NCBI GenBank assembly: GCA_946998295.1
Contig: CAMPYS010000001.1
Span: forward strand, 35,602-99,601
DNA: 64,000 bases
Direction of reading: 5' to 3'
DNA from: an uncultured Prevotella sp.
Lineage (GTDB): Bacteria > Bacteroidota > Bacteroidia > Bacteroidales > Bacteroidaceae
Part shown: piece by piece, positions 33,319-43,407 of the stretch
How the letters are laid out: every line of letters starts with the position of its first letter
Position numbering within the stretch: the first letter of the stretch is position 1
Made by a program: the position numbers and the translations under genes
Notes under the pieces: model-generated
The model's database searches: none
The model's input: only the letters and a program-made list of their open reading frames with translations
What the model was told of the DNA's origin: nothing

Positions 33319-33654
33319 TTAATATTTTTCTTTATCAGCTTTTGCTGCATCACGCCAATATATTTTGCCATCTATAAATTCTTGAGTTGCCAATAATACG
33401 GGTTTTGGTAATTTCTCGTAATAACGACTAATTTCTATTTGTTCACGATTTTCAAATCGTTCATCTAATGTATCACTATATGAAGCAAATTCTGCAATTT
33501 TGTGGTTCAAATCTTGTTTCATGTCTATAGAAATTTGATTAGCACGTTTTGCAATAATTGCAACACTTTCATAAATATTACCCGTTTCTTTCCACAAGTC
33601 TGCAATATCACGAGTAACAGTATTAACTGGAGATTTTGATTTTCTATATTCCAT
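33319..33654 (-). CDS. Bacteroidetes-type RNA polymerase omega-like subunit (DUF4835/RpoZ-like)
   Basis: 111 aa with NTVTRDIADLWKETGNIYESVAIIAKRANQIS, resembling Bacteroidetes RpoZ homologs. Conserved bamD-adjacent position. Confidence 0.45.
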   Translation of the reverse strand: MEYRKSKSPVNTVTRDIADLWKETGNIYESVAIIAKRANQISIDMKQDLNHKIAEFASYSDTLDERFENREQIEISRYYEKLPKPVLLATQEFIDGKIYWRDAAKADKEKY

Positions 33655-33691
33655 TTATGTATTTATAGTATTTAAATGAATAATAATTTAC

Positions 33692-34540
33692 TTATTTTGG
33701 TGAGCTAACTTTTTGATCAGTATTTAATATTTTCTTGCATTTAGCAATTAGCTTATCTGCTAAAACACGTTCCTTAGCATCTGGATATTCATTGATAAAA
33801 CCGTAACATTCATCTTCGGCGTCTTGATATCGTTGATGTGCTTTTTCTTCAATACTAATTTCAGCGAGTTCAAATTTACTTTTCATTATTAAGATAGCAA
33901 AATCTTTGCGTAACGAGCTATAAGGATAATCATTTAAAGCATTTTGAGAGGTAATAATACATGCCTCATAATTATTACCGCCATAAGTACAGTTACCGAA
34001 ATATGATCCAAGATTATAATAGAGCTTTGCTGTTAAGTACTCTTTACGTACAAGTTTATCCTGAAGTTGGAACATACGGGTTTGAGCTGTTTTACGCATT
34101 TTCCCATTTGGGAATAAATCCATATATTCTTGATAAGCAGCTATAGCAGCTAATGTTGGTGCTTGATCTAAACGTGGTTCAGGAGAGTCTTGGTATAGGC
34201 TTTCTCCTATATAAAATGATGCTTTCTCTGCGTAGTACCCATTAGGATAAGTTTGTATATACTTTTTAAAAACTTCTGCTGCAGAAGGATAATCCTCCAT
34301 TTTATATTCTGTCATAGCTAACAAAAATAAACATTCTTGAGCATTATCTGTTCCTTTGGTTACAGAAATAAGTTCTCTGAGTAAGGGCTCTGCATAATGA
34401 TATTGCCCCATAACAAAGCACTCTTTTGCATACTCGTATCGATAAGTTTGATCAGTACTTTGGGATACTCTATTAAACTCTTGAGCACAACTTGAAAAGA
34501 GTAACAATACTATAGCACAAACAAAAAAACTACGTTTCAT
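33692..34540 (-). CDS. bamD: outer membrane protein assembly factor BamD (TPR lipoprotein)
   Basis: Lipoprotein signal (LLLFSSCAQ). TPR-like repeats (YEYAKECFVMGQYHYAEPLLRELI…). Size 282 aa and synteny with the rpoZ-like gene. Confidence 0.7.
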   Translation of the reverse strand: MKRSFFVCAIVLLLFSSCAQEFNRVSQSTDQTYRYEYAKECFVMGQYHYAEPLLRELISVTKGTDNAQECLFLLAMTEYKMEDYPSAAEVFKKYIQTYPNGYYAEKASFYIGESLYQDSPEPRLDQAPTLAAIAAYQEYMDLFPNGKMRKTAQTRMFQLQDKLVRKEYLTAKLYYNLGSYFGNCTYGGNNYEACIITSQNALNDYPYSSLRKDFAILIMKSKFELAEISIEEKAHQRYQDAEDECYGFINEYPDAKERVLADKLIAKCKKILNTDQKVSSPK

Positions 34541-34557
34541 ATATATATTTTGAATTG

Positions 34558-34565
34558 CAAAGGTA
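34558..34565 (-). promoter_or_regulatory. -7 promoter motif (TAccTTTG on minus strand) for bamD
   Basis: The plus strand reads CAAAggTA 18 nt upstream of the bamD start at 34540. Confidence 0.4.
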
Positions 34566-34904
34566 AAACTAATTAGCTAAATAACAAAATATATTACCAA
34601 AATTCATATTTGTAAAATGTTATTATAGAAAATTACTACAATAAAGTTATTTAACGTAGACCATTTTTGCAGCACTTGAATAACCTGTAGATAAAGGTTA
34701 TTATTTGAGTATTATTGAATATTGATGATTTATAAGTGTATCGGCGAAAGGTAAAAAATACATACAAAAATAATTTTGAAAATATTCCTTTTTCAGAATA
34801 GATAAGGTAAGCGCATAATCTATAAATTAAGCGCGATTTTAACTATAAAATACGCTTTTATAACTATTTGATATATAAACGATTATACAGTGCATAATAT
34901 AATC

Positions 34905-35030
34905 TAAAATTGTTTAACTTAAACTTTAGCTGCGTTCCTTATAGAACCTCTTTAGTTGTTTTACTTAAACCTATTTGGTCGTTCTACTTAAAGTATATTT
35001 CCTGTTTAAGTTAAACGACTTTTATCCCTC
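34905..35030. repeat. conserved ~125-bp noncoding element, copy A (four 13-bp palindromes GTTTAA-N-TTAAAC)
   Basis: Palindromes at about 34912-34924 (gtttaacttaaac), 34958-34970 (ttttacttaaacc), 34986-34996 (partial) and 35005-35017 (gtttaagttaaac). Shared flanks ctgcgtt and cggtcgtt. Aligns at roughly 70% identity with 63061-63185. Confidence 0.6.
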
Positions 35031-35302
35031 TTTTTATTGGTAATTTTTCTTTACAATATTATCTAATAATCTTAAAGATAATATTACTTTATGTAATTCT
35101 TTTGCTGGTTGCAGGTATGCCTACTGTGTGGGTAATAATTTGATTTATTAGTCTCTGGTTCTTTATTCATTTTCAAAATTCAATAATATTGTGTCCTTGC
35201 TATTTTACTAATAAAGGTAGAGAATTTGTTAATCTTAAGCTGTCTATGTATAGCTAATTGAATTATTTTTAATTTTATCTAACTATATAATTAGCTTTTT
35301 TG

Positions 35303-35310
35303 TAATTTTG
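35303..35310 (+). promoter_or_regulatory. -7 promoter motif TAatTTTG (uvrB)
   Basis: Located 11 nt upstream of the ATG at 35321. Confidence 0.45.
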
Positions 35311-35320
35311 CATAGTAATA

Positions 35321-37348
35321 ATGGATTTTAAACTTGTTTCAAAATACCGACCTACAGGCGATCAACCTGAGGCTATTAAGCAGCTTACAAATGGAATTCT
35401 TTCAGGAGAACGAAGTCAAGTTTTATTAGGAGTTACTGGCTCTGGTAAAACCTTCACAATGGCTAATATAATTGCTAATGTTAATAAACCGACCTTGATA
35501 TTATCACATAACAAAACATTAGCAGCTCAATTATATGAAGAAATGAGAGGATTCTTTCCCAATAACGCGGTAGAATTTTATGTATCATATTATGATTATT
35601 ATCAACCAGAAGCATATTTGCCAACAACAGATACCTATATCGAAAAAGATTTATCAATAAATGATGATATTGACAGGTTACGCCTTTCAGCTGTATCTTC
35701 GCTATTATCAGGACGTAAGGATGTTATTGTAGTATCTTCGGTTTCATGTATATATGGTATGGGGGCTCCTGTTGCAATGAAAGAAAATGTAATAAAGGTA
35801 AAACGAGGCGATATAATCGATCGTAATAACTTCTTACGGCTTTTGATAGGCGCACTATATACAAGAAATGATATAGAACTTCAGCGAGGCTCTTTCAGAG
35901 TAAAAGGTGATACTGTAGATATAGCTATGGCGTATACAGATACAATACTTAGAGTAACATGGTGGGATGATGAAATAGAGTCCATAGAAGAATTAGACAA
36001 TCAAACGCTTCACAGAATAGAAACGTTTGAGGATTACGAGATATATCCTGCAAACTTATTTGTAACATCTAAAGAACAAACACAATGTGCAATACGACAA
36101 ATTCAAGACGATCTTACGGCTCAAATTGAATATTTTACAAAGCTTGGAGATAATATAAAAGCTCATCGAATTAAAGAGCGTGTAGAATATGATATAGAGA
36201 TGATTAAAGAATTAGGGCATTGTTCAGGAATAGAAAATTATTCCCGATATTTTGATGGTCGTAAGCCCGGTCAACGTCCATATTGTTTAATAGATTTTTT
36301 CCCAAAAGATTATTTATTCATCGTTGACGAAAGTCATGTAAGTATTCCACAAATCTCAGCTATGTATGGTGGAGATAGAGCAAGAAAAAAGAATCTTGTT
36401 GAATTTGGCTTTCGTTTACCTGCAGCATTTGATAATAGACCTTTAAAATTTGAAGAGCTACAAAGTTTAATACACCAAGTAATATATGTTTCGGCTACAC
36501 CTGCAAAATTTGAAATAGAAGATGCTCAAGGTGTAGTAGTAGAACAAGTAATACGTCCTACTGGGCTTCTTGATCCTGAAATAGTAGTGAGACCTTCTGA
36601 AAATCAAATAGATGATTTGATAGCCGAAATAGTTGAACGAACTAAATTAGATCAACGAGTATTGGTTACAACTTTGACAAAACGTATGGCAGAGGAACTA
36701 ACAGAGTATCTTATAAATTATGATATAAGAGCAACGTTTATCCATAGCGATGTGGCAAGTCTTGACAGAGTAAAGATTATAAATGATTTACGAGCAGGTT
36801 TATATGATGTCCTTGTTGGAGTAAATCTTTTACGTGAAGGACTTGACATACCAGAGGTATCACTTGTAGCAATACTTGATGCTGATAAAGAGGGATTTCT
36901 TCGTAGTCACAGAAGTTTAACGCAAACAGCAGGACGAGCTGCAAGAAATGTTAATGGAAAGGTTATAATGTATGCAGATACTATTACCGAAAGTATGCAA
37001 AAAACTATAGATGAAACTAATTATAGACGGGAAAAGCAACTTAAATATAATGAACTCCATCATATAATTCCACATCAAATAGAACGACCAATAAAAGACA
37101 CTTTACCAACAAAAGGGAATAAAGTATCTATAAATAGTAAAGAACAACTATACCCTATTATTGAAAATACTTTGGATATTGCAGCAGATCCAATTGTTGA
37201 TAAAATGAGTAGACAACAATTAAAGAAGAGTATAGAAGATACTACGTTAATGATGAAACAAGCAGCAAAAGAGCTTAATTTTATACAAGCTGCTGCATAT
37301 AGAGATGAAATTATTAAGCTTCAAGAAAAATTAAAACAAAAGGAGTAA
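35321..37348 (+). CDS. uvrB: excinuclease ABC subunit B
   Basis: GVTGSGKTF Walker A, helicase motifs, and the C-terminal UVR domain (…QAAAYRDEIIKLQ). Confidence 0.95.
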   Translation: MDFKLVSKYRPTGDQPEAIKQLTNGILSGERSQVLLGVTGSGKTFTMANIIANVNKPTLILSHNKTLAAQLYEEMRGFFPNNAVEFYVSYYDYYQPEAYLPTTDTYIEKDLSINDDIDRLRLSAVSSLLSGRKDVIVVSSVSCIYGMGAPVAMKENVIKVKRGDIIDRNNFLRLLIGALYTRNDIELQRGSFRVKGDTVDIAMAYTDTILRVTWWDDEIESIEELDNQTLHRIETFEDYEIYPANLFVTSKEQTQCAIRQIQDDLTAQIEYFTKLGDNIKAHRIKERVEYDIEMIKELGHCSGIENYSRYFDGRKPGQRPYCLIDFFPKDYLFIVDESHVSIPQISAMYGGDRARKKNLVEFGFRLPAAFDNRPLKFEELQSLIHQVIYVSATPAKFEIEDAQGVVVEQVIRPTGLLDPEIVVRPSENQIDDLIAEIVERTKLDQRVLVTTLTKRMAEELTEYLINYDIRATFIHSDVASLDRVKIINDLRAGLYDVLVGVNLLREGLDIPEVSLVAILDADKEGFLRSHRSLTQTAGRAARNVNGKVIMYADTITESMQKTIDETNYRREKQLKYNELHHIIPHQIERPIKDTLPTKGNKVSINSKEQLYPIIENTLDIAADPIVDKMSRQQLKKSIEDTTLMMKQAAKELNFIQAAAYRDEIIKLQEKLKQKE

Positions 37349-37358
37349 ATACAAATAA

Positions 37359-37403
37359 AAGCGAATAAGTAAAATTTGGAAACAAGGAATTACTTATTCG
37401 CTT
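37359..37403. terminator. bidirectional rho-independent terminator (uvrB + / T9SS lipoprotein -)
   Basis: Perfect 14-bp stem AAGCGAATAAGTAA / TTACTTATTCGCTT with a 17-nt loop, between convergent genes. Confidence 0.6.
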
Positions 37404-37434
37404 ATAATAATGAAACACAGAAAATAGTTATTTA

Positions 37435-38268
37435 TTATCTTTTAAGAACCTTTGAAACTTTTTGCTCGCCATTACTATATTCTACTTTCTTAATAGAAAT
37501 ACCATTTTGTGGGTTAGTTATTTGTCTTCCAGATAAGTCATAGTATGTTTCTGCAACAATATTGCCTTTTTCTGAATCAGCTTTTACAGAATTAATACCT
37601 GCTGTTGCTTCTTCATCATATTCATAGACATAGTCATAATCTCCATAACCTGTCCAAAACCATCCGCTTTCGTCATTTCCCATTAGAGCATATAACTTAT
37701 TTTCAGAAGTTCCTTCCATACGTAATATTGTGTCATCATCATATGCATAAGTTATTTCTTTATCATCTAATACAAAGTATTCTTTTTTATTATCCTTTTT
37801 ATTTACTTTAATTTCTAATAATTTTGTTAGAAATTTCATTTCAGGATTTTTGGCACTTTTGGGAATATATAAAAGGAGTTGTTCCAATGGGAAAACTAAT
37901 TTACCATCCTTAATCTCACCTTTTACCCATACAGATAAATTAGGGAAAGAAATAGGGTCTTTCATATAAACAGTTTTACCATCAGGTGCAAAAACAACAA
38001 CTAAATCGGCAAAAAGTCTATCCTCAAGATTTAAATTTTGCATTGTAGAGAAGTCAAATTTAGCAATCTCGTATTTATTAGTCCTCTCATTTTTTTTCTT
38101 ATAAAAACTTACACCTTGTACACGTTTAAATAATTTCACTTTGCCTTCAGGTTGCTTGTTAATAATACTATTAACGTCAGTTTTTTGTGCATTTGTGCAT
38201 AAAGCAAATAGAGCCACAATAGCTAAAAGTAGAGTTTTCTTCATAATTTTTATTTTTAAGTTGAACAT
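37435..38268 (-). CDS. secreted protein with T9SS C-terminal sorting domain
   Basis: Signal peptide MKKTLLLAIVALFALCTNAQ; the true start may be the internal MKK at about 38244. C-terminus YYDLSGRQITNPQNGISIKKVEYSNGEQKVSKVLKR is a T9SS CTD pattern. Confidence 0.5.
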   Translation of the reverse strand: MFNLKIKIMKKTLLLAIVALFALCTNAQKTDVNSIINKQPEGKVKLFKRVQGVSFYKKKNERTNKYEIAKFDFSTMQNLNLEDRLFADLVVVFAPDGKTVYMKDPISFPNLSVWVKGEIKDGKLVFPLEQLLLYIPKSAKNPEMKFLTKLLEIKVNKKDNKKEYFVLDDKEITYAYDDDTILRMEGTSENKLYALMGNDESGWFWTGYGDYDYVYEYDEEATAGINSVKADSEKGNIVAETYYDLSGRQITNPQNGISIKKVEYSNGEQKVSKVLKR

Positions 38269-38703
38269 AATAATATAAATTCACGTAATAAATTCACTTC
38301 TATTTGTATATTTATTAATCCCTGATATAATATATTAGATTTTTATAACAAAGAGTATCTATTTGCAAAGATAAGATAAAATTTTAAATACTATAAAATA
38401 TATCTATAATTTATTTTATAGGAAACTTATATTTTATAATATATATTTGTTTTTTCGTTACATATACATTATAATATATATAAATATTAAAACTATATGT
38501 TTAAAAAATTTTATATTTAACTTATTTATTTAAATTACTATTTATATTATAGTATAAAATAGTTTGAACTAATTCGCTTTGTATTTGTTGGAAAAATGTT
38601 CTAAATTTTTAGAGACAATAAATATTACACAATTCACAAAATAATAAAAGGTTTATAATGATATTTATAATACCAATTATATTGCTATTTATAAAAATAA
38701 TTG

Positions 38704-38711
38704 TATTTTTG
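38704..38711 (+). promoter_or_regulatory. -7 promoter motif TAttTTTG
   Basis: Located 46 nt upstream of the ATG at 38757, at the end of a 490-bp very AT-rich spacer. Confidence 0.4.
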
Positions 38712-38756
38712 CATTTGAAATATAAATAACTATTATTTTTTCACTTAGATGAATTT

Positions 38757-39533
38757 ATGAAAAAATTACTTTTCCCAGTTATAGCTATAATAATAATAAC
38801 AACAATTATAGGTTGTAGCTCTAGTAAAGAAGTTACATATTGGCAAAACATTGACTCAATTAGTTTAGCAGCATCTAAAGGATTATATGATGCACACATT
38901 ATGCCTAAGGACGAATTGACAATTTTAGTTCAAACTACGGATCCAGCCATTTCAGAACCGTTTAATATACGTTTTCAACAAGGATACAGTGATACTCAGC
39001 ATCATGGTTTCTTGGTTGATAATAATGGATATATAAATTTTCCTATAATTGGTAAAATTCATGTAGCGGGATTAACAAAAACAGAATGTGAAGAACTGAT
39101 AAAACGTAAGATACGTCCCTACTTAGCCCATAATGAAAATCCATTAGTTTTGGTAAGAATGAGTAGCTATCGTATCACGGTAATTGGCGAAGTTAATAGA
39201 CCTGGTGTAATTCCAGTATCAACAGAAAAAATAAGTATTATTGAAGCTTTAGCCCAAGCTGGAGATATGACAATTTATGGTAAACGTAATAATATTATTT
39301 TAATACGAGAAGATATAAATGGTGAAAAACATAAAATACGCTTAAATATGAATGATGCTAATATAATAAATTCACCATACTACTATCTACAGCAAAATGA
39401 TATTATATATGTAGAGGCACGAAAGAATAAAGCACGTAATGCCTTTTTTGTAAGTGATACAACTATTTGGTTTTCTTTATTAGGAATAACTACATCAATA
39501 ACATCATTTTTGTTGACTTTATTTAGACGATAA
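38757..39533 (+). CDS. polysaccharide export outer membrane protein (Wza/BexD family, short form)
   Basis: Lipoprotein signal (IGCSSSKE). Poly_export motif (…YINFPIIGKIHVAGLTKTECEELIKRKI…) and SLBB region (ITVIGEVNRPGVIPV). No adjacent wzc-like gene. Confidence 0.65.
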   Translation: MKKLLFPVIAIIIITTIIGCSSSKEVTYWQNIDSISLAASKGLYDAHIMPKDELTILVQTTDPAISEPFNIRFQQGYSDTQHHGFLVDNNGYINFPIIGKIHVAGLTKTECEELIKRKIRPYLAHNENPLVLVRMSSYRITVIGEVNRPGVIPVSTEKISIIEALAQAGDMTIYGKRNNIILIREDINGEKHKIRLNMNDANIINSPYYYLQQNDIIYVEARKNKARNAFFVSDTTIWFSLLGITTSITSFLLTLFRR

Positions 39534-39577
39534 ATTAAATATTTACAGATAAAACAGGAATAATATAAATATAATAT

Positions 39578-41425
39578 ATGTGCGGCATAGTAGGATATAT
39601 AGGAGTAAAACGCCAGGCTTACCCAATACTGATAAAAGGATTGAAACGCTTAGAATACCGTGGATATGACAGTGCTGGTGTGGCTCTAATAAATAGTGAT
39701 GGAAATTTAAATGTTTATAAAACAAAAGGTAAGGTATCAGAATTAGAATCTTTGTGTAGCGATAAGAATACTGATGGTAATGTAGGTATAGCACATACAC
39801 GATGGGCTACACATGGAGAACCATCTTCAAAGAATGCACATCCACATTATTCATTCTCAAAGAACTTAGCAATAATTCATAATGGTATAATTGAAAACTA
39901 TGCCGAACTAAGGAAAAATCTAAAAGCAAAAGGCATAATTTTTAAATCTGATACAGATACAGAAGTACTAATCCAACTTATAGAATACATTCAGGTAAAA
40001 AAGAATTTAAGTCTTCTTACAGCTGTGCAAGTAGCGCTACACCAAGTAATTGGAGCATACGCAATAGCTATTATTGACAAAAATCATCCTAATACTCTTA
40101 TTGCTGCTCGCAAACAAAGTCCATTAGTAATAGGTATAGGCAAAGATGAATTTTTCATAGGCTCTGATGCAAGTCCTATTATAGAATTTACAGATAAAGT
40201 TGTCTATCTTAAAGATGGTAACATAGCTGTAATGACTCTCGGACAAGAGCTAAAAGTTGTTAGTATACTTAATGAAAAATTATTACCTACAATAAAGACT
40301 GTTGATATGAACTTGGGGCAAATTGAAAAGGGAGGGTTCCCACACTTTATGCTAAAAGAAATATTTGAACAGCCAAACTGTCTCATCAATTGTATGAGAG
40401 GGAGAATAAATACCGAAGCGAATAATGTTGCATTAAGTGCTGTAATTGATCACCGTGAACAATTGTTAGCTGCTAAAAGAATTGTAATAATTGCATGTGG
40501 TACAAGTTGGCATGCGGGGTTGATAGGCAAACAATTAATAGAATCGCTATGTAGAATACCTGTAGATGTTGAGTATGCAAGTGAATTTAGATATAGAAAT
40601 CCAGTTGTTACACCAGATGATTTAGTAATAGCTTTATCTCAAAGTGGTGAAACAGCAGATACATTAGCTGCAATAGAATTAGCAAAAGCGCACGGAGCAT
40701 TTATTTATGGTATATGTAACGCAATAGGGTCAAGTATTCCTCGTGCTACACATACTGGTACATATATACATGTAGGTCCAGAGATTGGAGTTGCGTCAAC
40801 AAAAGCATTTACTGGGCAGGTAACAGTTCTTACATTATTAGCTTTAACATTAGCTAAAGAACGTAACACAATAACACAGGATAAATATATAGAAATAGTT
40901 AAAGAGTTAACTCTCATACCTAAAAAGATAAAAACAGTTCTAAAAGTAAATGACAAAATAGCAGACTTAGCACGTACATTTACATATGCACATAATTTTA
41001 TCTATTTAGGACGTGGCTACAATTATCCAGTAGCATTAGAAGGGGCATTAAAATTAAAAGAAATTTCATATATACACGCAGAGGGATATCCTGCCGCAGA
41101 AATGAAACATGGTCCTATAGCTTTAATAGATTCTGATATGCCAGTAGTAGTCGTTGCAACACGAAATAGTATGTATGAAAAGGTACGTAACAATATACAA
41201 GAAATAAAAGCGAGAAATGGAAGGGTAATAGCATTAGTAAGTAAAGGAGATAAGTCGGTAGCTAAAATAGCAGATTCAAGCATTGAACTACCAAATACTT
41301 TAGAATGTTTAGAACCATTATTATCAACTATACCTCTACAGCTATTAGCATATCATATAGCAGTTTGCAAAGGTAAGAATGTTGATCAACCACGTAATCT
41401 TGCAAAATCTGTAACAGTAGAATAA
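39578..41425 (+). CDS. glmS: glutamine--fructose-6-phosphate aminotransferase
   Basis: MCGIVGYIG N-terminal nucleophile, two SIS domains, C-terminal …KSVTVE. Confidence 0.95.
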   Translation: MCGIVGYIGVKRQAYPILIKGLKRLEYRGYDSAGVALINSDGNLNVYKTKGKVSELESLCSDKNTDGNVGIAHTRWATHGEPSSKNAHPHYSFSKNLAIIHNGIIENYAELRKNLKAKGIIFKSDTDTEVLIQLIEYIQVKKNLSLLTAVQVALHQVIGAYAIAIIDKNHPNTLIAARKQSPLVIGIGKDEFFIGSDASPIIEFTDKVVYLKDGNIAVMTLGQELKVVSILNEKLLPTIKTVDMNLGQIEKGGFPHFMLKEIFEQPNCLINCMRGRINTEANNVALSAVIDHREQLLAAKRIVIIACGTSWHAGLIGKQLIESLCRIPVDVEYASEFRYRNPVVTPDDLVIALSQSGETADTLAAIELAKAHGAFIYGICNAIGSSIPRATHTGTYIHVGPEIGVASTKAFTGQVTVLTLLALTLAKERNTITQDKYIEIVKELTLIPKKIKTVLKVNDKIADLARTFTYAHNFIYLGRGYNYPVALEGALKLKEISYIHAEGYPAAEMKHGPIALIDSDMPVVVVATRNSMYEKVRNNIQEIKARNGRVIALVSKGDKSVAKIADSSIELPNTLECLEPLLSTIPLQLLAYHIAVCKGKNVDQPRNLAKSVTVE

Positions 41426-41481
41426 ATATACATTATATAACTTTATAAACTCATTATTTATAACACATATTAAAAATATAT

Positions 41482-43383
41482 ATGGAGAGGAGAATACATG
41501 AAGATTGTGGAGTAGCTATGATAAGGCTGCTAAAGTCGCAAGACTATTTTAAAAATAAATATGGCTCTTGGAAATATGCTCTGAACAAAATGTATCTAAT
41601 GATGGAAAAGCAACACAATCGAGGCCAAGAGGGTGCAGGGATAGCCAGTGTAAAACTGAATACACAACCGGGTAATGAATTTATATTTCGAGAACGAGCT
41701 GAAGGGAAAAACGCAGTAACAAAGATATTTACTAATATTAAGACTAAATTTAAAGATTACACCACTGGGCAATTAAACGATATTAATTTTATACAAAAAA
41801 CACTCCCTTTTGCTGGGGAATTATATATGGGCCACCTACGGTATTCAACTACTGGTAAGAGTGGCCTTTCTTATATTCATCCATTTATAAGAAGAAATAA
41901 TTGGAAAGCTAAAAATTTGTCACTCTGTGGAAACTTTAATATGACTAATATTGATGAAATATTTAATATATTAGTTGAACAAGGTCAATCCCCTGTTAAA
42001 TATAGTGATACCCATCTATTATTAGAATTTATGGGACATAGATTAGACCGTGAAGTAGAGTGTAATTTTGTAGAAGCAAAAAAGAGAAATCTACAAAAGC
42101 AAGATATAACCAAATACATTGAAAAAAATGTCAAAATAGAAAATGTTTTAGAGACAACTATGCGATATTTTGATGGAGGGTATGTTATATGTGGACTTAC
42201 AGGCTCTGGAGAATGGTTTGCAATGAGAGATCCATGGGGAATAAGGACAGCATTTTATTATAAAAGTGAAGAATTAATAGCCTTAACAAGCGAACGTCCT
42301 GTTTTACAAACTACATTTGACTTAAAATGTGAAGATATTCAAGAATTACAGCCAGGAGAAGCAATTATAGTGAACCAAAAGGGGGAATGTCGCTTAAAAC
42401 AAATCTTACCCAAAATAAAAAATGCAGCATGTTCTTTTGAACGTATATATTTTTCAAGAGGATCAGATAGAGATATTTATAGAGAACGTAAAGCATTAGG
42501 AGAACAATTAACAGATAAAGTTTTAGGTGCTATAAATTACGATTTAAATAATACAGTATTATCATTTATTCCAAATACAGCAGAGGTAGCATTCTATGGA
42601 CTTGTACAAGGAATGAACTCATGGCTAAATTTGTTTAAAGCAAAACAAATAAAGGCACTTGAAACAAAAGAATCTGTTAACCATCTTCTTGAAATAATTA
42701 ATCAATCGGTAAGAGTAGAAAAAATAGCGTGGAAAGATATAAAGCTACGAACATTTATAACAGAAAGTAATATGCGCAATGACTTAGCATCTCATATTTA
42801 TGACGTAAGTTATAACAGTATTAGTTCTTATAAAGATAATCTTGTTATTATTGATGATTCTATCGTACGTGGTACTACGCTAAAAGAGAGCATATTAAGA
42901 ATATTGAATAAACTTCACCCTAAAAAAATAATAATAGTGTCAAGTGCTCCTCAAGTACGTTACCCTGACTATTATGGAATAGACATGCCAAAATTGGAAG
43001 AATTTTGTGCATTTAGAGCTACAATAGAACTAATAAAAGAAAATAACATGGATTCATTACTTACAGAAGTATACCATAAATGCAAAAAAGAGCTAAACCT
43101 CTTTAAGCACAAAAAAATATCTAATGTTGTATGTGATATCTATAAACCTTTTACGATAGAAGAAATTAATGATAAGATTGCTGAAATTTTACGACCTGAT
43201 GATATGACAGTTCCTATAAAAATTATATTTCAAAGTATCGAAGGACTTCATAATGCCATTCCAAATAACACAGGAGATTGGTATTTTACGGGGAAATATC
43301 CAACAGAGGGGGGAATAAAATTAGTAAACAAAGCTTTTATCGACTATTACGAAAAGGTATATACTAAAAATTGTAAATGCTAA
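41482..43383 (+). CDS. class-II glutamine amidotransferase with PRTase domain (long PurF-like amidophosphoribosyltransferase, 633 aa)
   Basis: N-terminal propeptide then DCGVAMIRL (Ntn Cys). C-terminal PRTase motif VIIDDSIVRGTT. Longer than canonical PurF. Confidence 0.65.
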   Translation: MERRIHEDCGVAMIRLLKSQDYFKNKYGSWKYALNKMYLMMEKQHNRGQEGAGIASVKLNTQPGNEFIFRERAEGKNAVTKIFTNIKTKFKDYTTGQLNDINFIQKTLPFAGELYMGHLRYSTTGKSGLSYIHPFIRRNNWKAKNLSLCGNFNMTNIDEIFNILVEQGQSPVKYSDTHLLLEFMGHRLDREVECNFVEAKKRNLQKQDITKYIEKNVKIENVLETTMRYFDGGYVICGLTGSGEWFAMRDPWGIRTAFYYKSEELIALTSERPVLQTTFDLKCEDIQELQPGEAIIVNQKGECRLKQILPKIKNAACSFERIYFSRGSDRDIYRERKALGEQLTDKVLGAINYDLNNTVLSFIPNTAEVAFYGLVQGMNSWLNLFKAKQIKALETKESVNHLLEIINQSVRVEKIAWKDIKLRTFITESNMRNDLASHIYDVSYNSISSYKDNLVIIDDSIVRGTTLKESILRILNKLHPKKIIIVSSAPQVRYPDYYGIDMPKLEEFCAFRATIELIKENNMDSLLTEVYHKCKKELNLFKHKKISNVVCDIYKPFTIEEINDKIAEILRPDDMTVPIKIIFQSIEGLHNAIPNNTGDWYFTGKYPTEGGIKLVNKAFIDYYEKVYTKNCKC

Positions 43384-43407
43384 CAACATAAATATATAAA
43401 GAAGTAA

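Noticed and set aside
34541-35320. Search for tmRNA, RNase P RNA, SRP RNA or tRNA in the long ORF-free regions (also 62585-63450, 31089-31422, 54072-54570)
   Set aside because: No GGTTCGANTCC T-arm, no GGAAAGTCCGGGCT P4 motif, no 4.5S GGAAGCAGCC domain-IV motif, and no cloverleaf candidates could be seen by eye. A cmsearch would be needed for certainty.
38269-38756. 490-bp extremely AT-rich spacer considered as an ncRNA gene or replication origin
   Set aside because: No DnaA-box-like repeats, no stable hairpins, and no conserved blocks visible. Most simply an AT-rich promoter or curved-DNA region upstream of wza.
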